In this document: one piece after another, positions 9,261 through 18,300 of the stretch
Layout: the number at the start of each line of letters is the position of its first letter
How positions within the stretch are numbered: the first letter of the stretch is position 1
From: an uncultured Bacilli bacterium
Lineage (GTDB): Bacteria; Bacillota_I; Bacilli_A; RF39; UBA660
DNA: 64,000 nt
Assembly: GCA_934090735.1 (NCBI GenBank)
Contig: CAKOJR010000005.1
Location: forward strand, 4,524 to 68,523
Direction of reading: 5' to 3'
Made by a program: the position numbers and the translations under genes
Notes under the pieces: generated by a model
Databases searched by the model: none
Told to the model about the DNA's origin: nothing
The model's input: the letters and a program-made list of their open reading frames with translations, nothing else

Positions 9261-11192
9261 ATGAAGAAGAATAAAAAGAGAAAATTTGGAAACTTATTTA
9301 AAAAACTTAAAAAAACAACACCAGGATTTCACTTCATGTACATCGTTGTACTTGTTCTTTTTATAATGAGTGTATTCTCACTAACATACAGTTTAATACT
9401 TTTAAATGGTATTGAAACCTTTATTAGAGTTTTATTTATAATTGCTATGACAACATACGCTATACTATTCTTCTTTATCGGTAGTGCTTTACTAATAACT
9501 AAAAAACACACAATACTAGTTATAACAAGTATAATTACAACAATTTTTACAATCATTAACGGCTTCGGTTACTACTATATTCAAAAAACATACAACGTAG
9601 TAGACAACATCAGTAAAGAAGAAATAATATATACAACAAACCTTACAACCTTAAATAAAGACGAACCCATAAAAACAGTTGGTATCTTAAAAAATGAAAA
9701 CAGTCCAGAAGGTTATATTCTACCTCAAGAATATTTAGTAAAAAATAATAAAAAATGGAAAATTGAAAATTATGAAACAAATGATGACCTAATAAAAGCA
9801 CTTATTAACAAAGATATTGATGCAATCTTTATCACCGCAAACTTTAAACTTCTATATGCAGCAAATTATCCAGAATTAGATAATGCTGTAATACTTGATA
9901 CCTACAGTAAAAAGCTAGGAAACAATGATACAGTTGCTTCAACAAATAAAGACATAACCGAACCATTTACAATGCTTCTTCTAGGTGTAGACTCAGAATA
10001 TGATGGCCTAGCAAATAATGCCGCATTTAATGGTGACTCAATCATGTTAATAACATTCAATCCTAAAACATTATCAGCAACAGTATTTAGCATCCCAAGA
10101 GATACATATGTACCAATAGCTTGCAACAATAATAAACAAAATAAAATAAATTCAGCTGCAGCATATGGAACAAAATGTATGATTAACACAATTGAAAATT
10201 TAACAGATATCACAATTGACTATTTCGTAAAAATCAATTTTAAAGGCGTGGTTAATTTAGTAGATGCCTTAGGTGGCATAGATGTTAACATAGATGAACC
10301 AGACTTTAAAAAGAATGGCACAGTAGATTGCAAAGGAATGGTCTGCGAACAAAACTCTAATCGTCAGTTTGGTGAACACATCGTATATATTAAACCAGGA
10401 ATGCAGCATCTAGATGGTGAACAAGCACTAGCATATGCAAGAAACAGACACCAATGGGCACTATCAGACTTCAAAAGAGTTGAACATCAACAAGCAATCG
10501 TAACCGCAATCGCAAATAAAGCAAAAACAATTAGAAACATTAACACATTCTATAAAGTTCTTAACGCTGTATCAAATAATATGGATACCAACATGGAAAC
10601 AAATCAAATGTTAAATTTCTACAACGTTGGTAAAAATATCCTACTAAAAAGTAACTTTGGCGAAGGAGAATTCATCAATATTCAAAAAACATTCCTATCA
10701 GGTTACGATCAAACAATATATCAAGGATACGACATGTATACTTATCAGTACTATGAAGAAAGTCTAACTGAAATAGTTAAAGCTATGAAAGTAAATTTAG
10801 AATTAGAAAAACCCGAAATCATAAAAACATTTAGTTTCTCAGTTAATGAACCATACGAAGTACCAACAATAGGTCGTATGTATACTGGTATAAGAAAAAA
10901 TGAAACACTACCTAACTTTGTAGGTCAAAACATTAACTATTTAGAATCATGGATAAGCACAAGAAATATAACACTAAATAAAAATTATACAGAAAGTAAT
11001 TCATGCATCGAAGGAAATATCCTAGAGCAAAACGTTCATTCTGGAGTAATTGTCTCAAGCATATCTAGTCTATCAGTAAACGTGTGCAAAAACGTACATG
11101 TTAATGAACCAACAACACCTGAAGAACCAGAAAATAATAATGAAGAAAATAATAATCAAATAGATGATCCAATTGAAGATATGCTAAACTAA
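9261..11192 (+). CDS. LCP (LytR-CpsA-Psr) family cell-wall polymer transferase with extended C-terminal region
   Basis: 643 aa with N-terminal TMs. LCP motifs LLLGVDS, SIPRDTYV, INSAAAYG and ALAYARNRH. Confidence 0.85.
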   Translation: MKKNKKRKFGNLFKKLKKTTPGFHFMYIVVLVLFIMSVFSLTYSLILLNGIETFIRVLFIIAMTTYAILFFFIGSALLITKKHTILVITSIITTIFTIINGFGYYYIQKTYNVVDNISKEEIIYTTNLTTLNKDEPIKTVGILKNENSPEGYILPQEYLVKNNKKWKIENYETNDDLIKALINKDIDAIFITANFKLLYAANYPELDNAVILDTYSKKLGNNDTVASTNKDITEPFTMLLLGVDSEYDGLANNAAFNGDSIMLITFNPKTLSATVFSIPRDTYVPIACNNNKQNKINSAAAYGTKCMINTIENLTDITIDYFVKINFKGVVNLVDALGGIDVNIDEPDFKKNGTVDCKGMVCEQNSNRQFGEHIVYIKPGMQHLDGEQALAYARNRHQWALSDFKRVEHQQAIVTAIANKAKTIRNINTFYKVLNAVSNNMDTNMETNQMLNFYNVGKNILLKSNFGEGEFINIQKTFLSGYDQTIYQGYDMYTYQYYEESLTEIVKAMKVNLELEKPEIIKTFSFSVNEPYEVPTIGRMYTGIRKNETLPNFVGQNINYLESWISTRNITLNKNYTESNSCIEGNILEQNVHSGVIVSSISSLSVNVCKNVHVNEPTTPEEPENNNEENNNQIDDPIEDMLN

Positions 11193-11222
11193 AAGCCGCT
11201 TACATAAAAGCGACTTTTTTAA
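11193..11222. terminator. bidirectional terminator between convergent genes
   Basis: AAGCCGCTT-acataa-AAGCGACTT (one mismatch), flanked by an A-run and a T-run. Confidence 0.55.
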
Positions 11223-11249
11223 TTAAATAACTCGTACTATAAGCACGGA

Positions 11250-12188
11250 TTAACTCGGTACTATCAATCTTTGCCCAATACTCAAAACATTAGATTTTAA
11301 ACCATTTAAACTCTTAATCTCATCAACCGTACTATTAAACATTCTAGCTATACTCCAAAGAGAGTCTCCACTCTTTACTACATACACATTAGTTTCCTCA
11401 TTCTTCTTATTACTATAAGGTGGTATCTTTAAAGTCATGCCGATACTTAAATTATTAGAACTAAGATTATTCAAAGACTTAATCTCATCCACACTAACAT
11501 TAAACTTTCTTGCAATAGCCCATAGCGTGTCTCCAGCACTGACCACATAATCATTAGAAGGACCTTTTCCAACAATAAGTCTCTGTCCAACACTAAGAAC
11601 ATTACTACTCAAATTATTTAACGCCTTTAATTCATTAACAGATAAATTATATTTCCTAGCAATACTCCATAAAGTATCACCACTCTTTACAACATAATAA
11701 GTATCATTCCCATCATCGTCCGTGCTATCAGCACTGCTTATTAGTAAAGTATCACCCACATGTAATACATTACTACTTAGATTATTTAATGCTTTTAACT
11801 CATCAACGGTAAGACCATTTGCTCTCGCAATACTCCATAGTGAATCACCCTTTTTAACAACATAATAATTAGAACCGCTTACTGGAACATACTTATATCC
11901 TCCATACAAAGTAACTGCTCTTACCACAGCTTCAGCATATTTCTTATAATTACTCTTAAGCCTCTCAGCATCAGCTGCATTATCTAAAAACCCATACTCA
12001 ACTATCAATGTCTCATTATTAGGTGTATTACGAATTATATAATAATAGTCCTTAGAAGAATCACTAGGAAGCCTTCTCTGATAATACTTTCTAACTACCT
12101 GCCCACTCTTTTCAAGCTCATTTAAAATACTTGAAGCAAGCTTATCATTATTACGAAGAGCATATATTACTTCTGCACCCTCGCCACC
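11250..12188 (-). pseudogene. 3' part of a split N-acetylmuramoyl-L-alanine amidase gene (C-terminal half of Amidase_3 plus four LysM repeats)
   Basis: The frame of the 252-aa LysM ORF remains open upstream to about 12197. It encodes GGEGAEVIYALRNNDKLASSILNELEKSGQ...LIVEYGFLDNAADAE, followed by four repeats of the form YVVKxGDxLWSIAR...LSxG. Confidence 0.8.
12179..12188. repeat. island junction core (left junction on the plus strand)
   Basis: Plus strand CCTCGCCACC (minus strand GGTGGCGAGG). Matches 9 of 10 positions of the core at 30186..30195 and sits in the same codon phase of the amidase frame. Confidence 0.6.
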
Positions 12189-12199
12189 TCGGGAAAGAT

Positions 12200-12213
12200 T
12201 TTATGTGATTAGA
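12200..12213. repeat. 14-bp direct repeat TTTATGTGATTAGA (copy inside the island)
   Basis: Identical 14-mer at 30200..30213, which lies in the amidase coding sequence (SNHI codons). Confidence 0.7.
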
Positions 12214-12268
12214 CTATCATTTTTCCTTTATTTTACTGCGTTTCTATTTTTTCTAAAAATAGTATAGA

Positions 12269-12306
12269 GGATGGTAAGATTGTGTGATTACCAAATTTTA
12301 CCATCC
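12269..12306 (-). terminator. hairpin downstream of the recombinase gene
   Basis: GGATGGTAA ... TTACCATCC: a 9-bp stem with a 20-nt loop. T-rich sequence follows on the minus strand. Confidence 0.4.
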
Positions 12307-12318
12307 TATTTTTATTAT

Positions 12319-13944
12319 TTAATTTATTTCTTCATAATTAGTTTTTATATCATCTAGCACCTTAAATCTATATTGAATTTCTATATTTCTATCTTTATCA
12401 ATATAAATTTTTTTTACTAAAGTTTTTATGAGTTCTCTGTTAGGTTCATCTAAATTTAAAAGTGATTTTATTTGTTCTTCATATTTAGCTATTTCTTTTG
12501 TATCTTCTTTAATCTGATTTTCTTCATTATCTATTTCATAAATTCTATAATTTAAGGCTGATATTTGTTTTTCAGTTTGTGTAGAGATTCTTGTATAAGT
12601 ATCAACACTTATTATTCCATTAAATTTATCATCATATAAAGCATCAGATTTTCTTTTTAATTCATCAATCTCGCGTAATAACTGTTGCTTTTCTTTTTGT
12701 CTATCATTCTTTTCCTTTGTTCTATCTTGTAATACTTTTTCAGACAGCTCTTTAATATTTAAACTATCTAAATATTTTTGACAAGTAGTTTTAATAACAC
12801 TCATTATTTTTTCTTCCAACTTATCGTAAGGAAAAAAATGTGGATAACATAAATGTCTTCTTGGATCTCTTGCGTATTTATTACAATTAACACTCCAATA
12901 TTTTCCATCTTTATAGTTTTTATTTTTTCTATAAAGAACACTTAAGGAGTTGCCACATTCTTTGCATACAAGTAGATTTTCTAATAATCTTTTTTCTCTA
13001 TTGCAATGGGTTGTTCTTACTCTTGCAGGAGCATTTTGTATTGCTTCAAATACTATCTTGCTAACTAGAGGCTCATGTGTATCTTCAACTATTATCCAAA
13101 ACTCTTTTTCTAAAGCAACTTTCTTCTGAGATTTATAACTTAACTTAGTTTGAACATTTTGTACCATATCTCCTGTATACATTCTATTTTTCAATAATTT
13201 ATTTACTGAAGATATTGTCCATACATTCACTTTTCGTCTTGAAGATGATTTAGTATTTTTATACATACTAGGACTTAATATCTTATTATCATTTAGGTAT
13301 GATACAATATCACTTACTCCAATTCCAGAATGAGCCATTTTAAATATCTTTTTAACAACAGGAGCAACTTCGGGATCAGGTATTAAATGTCCTTTATCAA
13401 GTGGATCTCTCATATAACCATAGCATGGCTTACTACCTATAAATTTACCTTGTTCTTTTTTATTTTTTAGTATTGAACGAATCTTCTTAGAAGTATCTTT
13501 ACTAGTCATATCATTAAACAAAGCTTTAAATGGAGCAATATCATTATTAGCACTTTCTAAAAATGTATCAACTTGATCTAATATAGAAATATATCTAATT
13601 TTCTTTTGTGGAAAATATTGTTCTACATAATATCCACATTGTATATAATCTCTACCTAATCTTGATAAGTCTTTCGTGATTACACAATTGATTCGACCAC
13701 TTTCAATATCCTTTAATAATCTTTGAAAAGAAGGTCTATCAAAGTTAGTTCCTGTAAATCCGTCATCTACATACTCATCAACCAAAGTAAATCCACTCAT
13801 TTTTACATAATCCATCAATAAATTTCTTTGATTGATTATACTTTCACTCTCTGACTCATAAGTTTTATCTTCATCACTTTCTGATAATCTGATATATAAA
13901 CCTACTCTATAAAAACTTGGTGCTTGTATTATATTGTTATACAC
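12319..13944 (-). CDS. large serine recombinase (integrase)
   Basis: 541 aa. N-terminal resolvase catalytic domain (VGLYIRLSESDED..., IINQRNLL, DDGFTGTNFDRPSFQRLL, KDLSRLGRD). Recombinase domain, a Zn-ribbon (CKECGNSL...CNKY) and a C-terminal coiled coil. Confidence 0.9.
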   Translation of the reverse strand: MYNNIIQAPSFYRVGLYIRLSESDEDKTYESESESIINQRNLLMDYVKMSGFTLVDEYVDDGFTGTNFDRPSFQRLLKDIESGRINCVITKDLSRLGRDYIQCGYYVEQYFPQKKIRYISILDQVDTFLESANNDIAPFKALFNDMTSKDTSKKIRSILKNKKEQGKFIGSKPCYGYMRDPLDKGHLIPDPEVAPVVKKIFKMAHSGIGVSDIVSYLNDNKILSPSMYKNTKSSSRRKVNVWTISSVNKLLKNRMYTGDMVQNVQTKLSYKSQKKVALEKEFWIIVEDTHEPLVSKIVFEAIQNAPARVRTTHCNREKRLLENLLVCKECGNSLSVLYRKNKNYKDGKYWSVNCNKYARDPRRHLCYPHFFPYDKLEEKIMSVIKTTCQKYLDSLNIKELSEKVLQDRTKEKNDRQKEKQQLLREIDELKRKSDALYDDKFNGIISVDTYTRISTQTEKQISALNYRIYEIDNEENQIKEDTKEIAKYEEQIKSLLNLDEPNRELIKTLVKKIYIDKDRNIEIQYRFKVLDDIKTNYEEIN

Positions 13945-14220
13945 TTACTACTCCTTCCAACGTGTATAACTTCAATAAGCAATATCATTATATCACAAAC
14001 TTTTACTGCTTACTATTTTCTAACATCAATTTTAAGTACTCCTCTATTAAGTCAACCAAGTTTTTATCTTTATCGAAAGTTTCAGTTATATTCACTAATC
14101 TACACCTCTCCTTTCATTTTATGAAATAAGAACGACTATAAGACTTTATTATCAAAATTAGGGCATAAAAAAATTAGTTATATTTCAAACTAATCTAGTA
14201 ATAGAAACTATTATATTCCT

Positions 14221-14766
14221 TTAATCCATTTCGTTTCGCTTAACATTTTGGAGTTCTAATTTATAAAATTCTAATATTTTTAGATAATCTTTACGGAAAT
14301 AGTTTTCGCTTAACCATTTAACACCTTCTTTAGAAATTATTACTTTACCATCTTTTAAATACTTAAATGATTGATTATTTCTTTTTTCCATCCTATTAAC
14401 TGCAACGCCAATAGCATTTTTACTCTTATTAAAATAACTTTTTAAATCATATAATGATATATCTTTATATTCAAATTCATTATGAGGAAAATTCAGTTCG
14501 TCTTCTAATTTTAATATTTGTTTTCTAAAGAAATTTATTTCAGCATCCAAATAAAATAGATTGTTGTTGAAATAAACTTCTTCTATCCACTCTACAAATT
14601 CTAATTTTAGATATACTACTCTTTCACCATTTTGAGCAAAATGTTCATCAATCCATCTCTCATTAGGATGTCTTCTTTTTAATCTTTTCACTAATCTCTT
14701 ATACTGTTTTTCGCTAATTTTAAACTTCTGTAAAACACGCCACTTCTCCATTGACTTAAATTCCAT
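14221..14766 (-). CDS. hypothetical basic protein; candidate DNA-binding or recombination directionality factor
   Basis: 181 aa, K/R-rich (KRLVKRLKRRHP). AAAGGAGA RBS. Sits directly upstream of the recombinase gene in the same orientation. No domain recognised. Confidence 0.4.
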   Translation of the reverse strand: MEFKSMEKWRVLQKFKISEKQYKRLVKRLKRRHPNERWIDEHFAQNGERVVYLKLEFVEWIEEVYFNNNLFYLDAEINFFRKQILKLEDELNFPHNEFEYKDISLYDLKSYFNKSKNAIGVAVNRMEKRNNQSFKYLKDGKVIISKEGVKWLSENYFRKDYLKILEFYKLELQNVKRNEMD

Positions 14767-15084
14767 ATTTCTCCTTTCATTTCATACCAAATTTCAGATT
14801 ACCATTAAATCCTATTTTGAGGTTACATACCCGTGTAATACAATATATCAAGCATGGTGTATACACACCCATCTAGCTTGTTAGGGAATATCCCTAAAAC
14901 CCACTAATAGTCTCCGACAGTTTAGAAATTTTTTAATCAAATTTTCATTTAATATTTCAACTATTTCATAAAATTCATTATCAATTTTTAAAAATATAAC
15001 TCACCCTCTTTCTTTGATGAAAATAAAAATGGACATGAAAAAAGAGAGATAAAAAATCCCTCAATTAGTCCTTCTTTATAACTA

Positions 15085-15125
15085 TCCTATATTACCATAA
15101 TACCACAAAATAATAGGAATTGCAA
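15085..15125 (-). promoter_or_regulatory. sigma-A-like promoter unit A with flanking inverted repeat TCCTAT-N22-ATAGGA
   Basis: Minus strand TTGCAA-17 nt-TATTAT (15125..15097). The inverted repeat arms at 15085..15090 and 15113..15118 bracket the -10 element. Confidence 0.4.
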
Positions 15126-15230
15126 TGGCACGATTTTCGTCAAATGCTTCACTATCCGTTATAAAATAAGGGTTTGTAAAAGAAAAAATAATTTGCAAAA
15201 ATACAAATTATTTCTATCATCTTACAACTT

Positions 15231-15271
15231 TCCTATATTATCATTTTAGCACAAAATCATAGGACAGTCAA
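15231..15271 (-). promoter_or_regulatory. sigma-A-like promoter unit B, paralogous to unit A
   Basis: Minus strand TTGACT-17 nt-TAAAAT (15271..15243). The same TCCTAT-N22-ATAGGA geometry occurs at 15231..15236 and 15259..15264. Roughly 70 percent identical to unit A over about 50 nt (aligned by eye). Confidence 0.4.
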
Positions 15272-15329
15272 CGGACATGATGCAATATTAACCTTCTTTT
15301 CCTGAAATTCTATTGAATTTATATATTAT

Positions 15330-18300
15330 TTAATGCACTCTAAATTCATCAATTAATACACCTGCAATTTCATTATCATGAGCTATCAATATACATAAAA
15401 TATCTTCATAAGACTTAATTAATTCTTCATCTAATTTTATTTTATCGCTATATTTTGTAAATGATTTAATAATTATCATATTAATAATAATATCTACATC
15501 ACCTTTTAATTCTTTTTCTAGAATATTATAGTTACTATTGTTGTAAGATAAGATTTCTTTTACACTAATTAAAATTTCAGGTAGTAATTCATCAACATTC
15601 AGTAAATATAAAGATTTAATAGCATCTCTTATATAATAAATTCCGTACTTTGAAAACTGCCTGTTTAAAAACATTTTATCTTCATAGCTATAACTTGTTT
15701 TTATCTCCGAAGGATTCCACTTACAATCTCTTGATGCATTAAAGAAAAGACATTTATATAATTGCTTTTTTACTTTTTCATTTTTAATATTAACAATTCT
15801 TTTTTCAACTTCTGATATCTTCTTTTTACAGATATTTCTCCTAGAAGCATTATTATAAGAATCATAAAATTCAGCAATAAAACCACCCATAATTTTCTGA
15901 TAAAATTCTATTGCTTCCTCTTGAAATATTTCAAAATTAATATCTTTAAACAAAAAATCAATCACATTTTCATTATATTCTAATGTGTAAATTAATTCTT
16001 TTTGTATAAAAGAAACTAATTCAAATTCACTATATGTATCAATGATTTCATAATATAGCCTATCTTCTTTACAAGAGTCATATATATTTATCATGCATTT
16101 CAACAATTCTTTTAGAATTTTTTCAAAAGATTTGTTACTTAAAGTCATTCCACAATTAACAATTTTAAATAGTAATTGTATATCATAATCATCAATATTG
16201 AACTGATCTAAATTTAATTTTTTTTCATCAAACAAATAATCTTGTATAACTTGTTCTTTTAAGCTTTCATACTTTTTTTCGCTATTTTCTTCAAGTTGAT
16301 AGTCCACACCAGAAAGCCTTGGCACAAAATTAGGCTTAAATACAAATCCAGACTCTTTAACGTACGTAGCATTATATTTTTGATGATTCATTTCGTCTTC
16401 TGAAAGTTTGATGATAGTATTAAATATAATTCTAGATAAGTTAGAATTACCTAACAGATACTGAGATATTTTTAATTGTATTTGTTTAATAATACCATCA
16501 TGTGTATCATTTATAATGCATTTCAAAATTATTTTTTTAATTTTATTTTTTATTTCATCACTTGTATCTTCATATAATTGATCTAATAAAATATTAATTA
16601 ATTGTGGTTCAAAAATAAAAACTTCGTTTTCAAATATTTTTTCCAGTCCAGTAATCCAGAAATCACAAAAATTATTTCTTTCTAATGTAGATAATTTTTC
16701 TTCTTTTAGGGCTATGGAGATAAAACATATTAAGATGGATTCATATCCACTAGTTCTATCACTATTGCTATTTATAATACCATTTAATTCTTCAATACAA
16801 TTTAGGAGCTTATCTCTATAGTTTTTTCCTCTTTGTCTATCTCTAATATAATTATCAATTTTATTTTCTAATTCAACATAAATTTCATTTTGTTTTTCAT
16901 GTGAATCTGTCACTTTTTTTGCTTCACCAGTAATTTTAGTTTCAATCATTGACGTATTTTTATCAACTTCAGTTATTACGGCATTTCGCATATCCATTTT
17001 TTGTATTTGAAGATAATTAGTTGCATTATCCTCAGTATTAGTAATAATAGTATATAAATAATCCAAAATTTTAAAAACCCGTTTTTGAAAATCAACACCA
17101 AAACTAATTTGCAAACTTATAGCATAATTTTCAATATGGATTGCACATTTTTTATCTAATTGATATCTATATTTTATTTCTGGCAATCCAATTTTTAATA
17201 ATAATTGTTTTTCTAGCATTTGTAATTGAGGATTATTTAAATATAAGGAATATCTATGAGTATCCCAATTTATAATATCAATACTCGTAACTAAATCTAA
17301 GGCATATCCAGGAAACTCATTTTGAAAATGTAGTCCTATATTCTCTATTACTGTCAATAAAATTACATTATTTGACTTTGAATAAATTTTATTTTTAATA
17401 TTTAATAGTATCTTTTCAACATTTTCTTTATCAGATAAATTTTGCTGAATAAAATTAATTATGGAATCTTTAATATAAAATACAATATCACTTAATAAAT
17501 CAGGAACATATCCGTCCCTTGTACCAGCCAGCCACATATTATTATTTCCATAATATTGCTTAATTTCATTTGTATCAACAAATTTTATTTTTACTTTAAG
17601 AACATTGTCGGGTGAGTTTTCTGCATAAGCGTCAACAGAATTATTTATAAAATCAATTGCCCAATCTAATCCAATATAAAAGTTTACTCTAAAAAGATTC
17701 CACAACAAAACATTTTTATTTGGTGTTTGAAATGAATACTTATAATCTTCACATAATCCATAATCATTCTCGACATTACTATGATAATAAAATTCATTAT
17801 TTGAGTTTTTTTTAATCCACAGAGTATTAGCAATGAAACACATTTCATGTGGCAATTCTTTAACAAGATTATAGTGTGCATTTTCTGAAATCCATTGTAA
17901 TATTTCTTCCGACATTCTCTGATTTTTTTTACTTTTGCTGTTATAACTCTCTAATAATTTAGTGAAAAAATTCTTTAACCATTCAGAACAAGTTTCTGAA
18001 AGTTTGAAAAGTACAACAAGATATTTATCAATATATTCAATGACATTGAACCGCTCTTTATCGACTTTTTGGAAAACTTCATCAACAAAAAATTCTAAGA
18101 TTGAACAAACAAGTATATCAATTTCTTTTAACCTGTTATTGTTTTGATTTGTATAGTCTAAACAAAGTTTTGCAACTTTAGACTCATTAATAGTATTTTT
18201 TAAATATAACTTTTCTTGAGCAATTATTTTTATTATATTTTTACGACTTCCACCAGTTGGAATCAATATAACTTTTGGAAATTCATTATTAAAATCAACT

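Noticed and set aside
12200-12213. I considered the identical 14-bp direct repeat TTTATGTGATTAGA (also at 30200..30213) as the recombination crossover or target-site duplication of the island.
   Set aside because: - Joining the amidase halves through this repeat gives ...SNHIKSFPRWRG..., which is out of frame with the GGEGAEVIYA/LysM frame.
- Joining through the 10-bp GGNGGCGAGG cores restores a colinear Amidase_3 domain.
- Serine recombinases do not make long duplications.

The 14-mer is kept only as a possible attP arm that mimics attB. It is not in register with the cores (11-nt versus 4-nt spacing).
14825-14834. A 10-mer, ACATACCCGT (extended as ACATACCCGT(G)TAAT), is shared with 25937..25946. 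Both copies lie in GC-richer non-coding patches of the island.
   Set aside because: There are only two short copies with no conserved flanks or symmetry. This could be chance, so it is not called as a repeat element.
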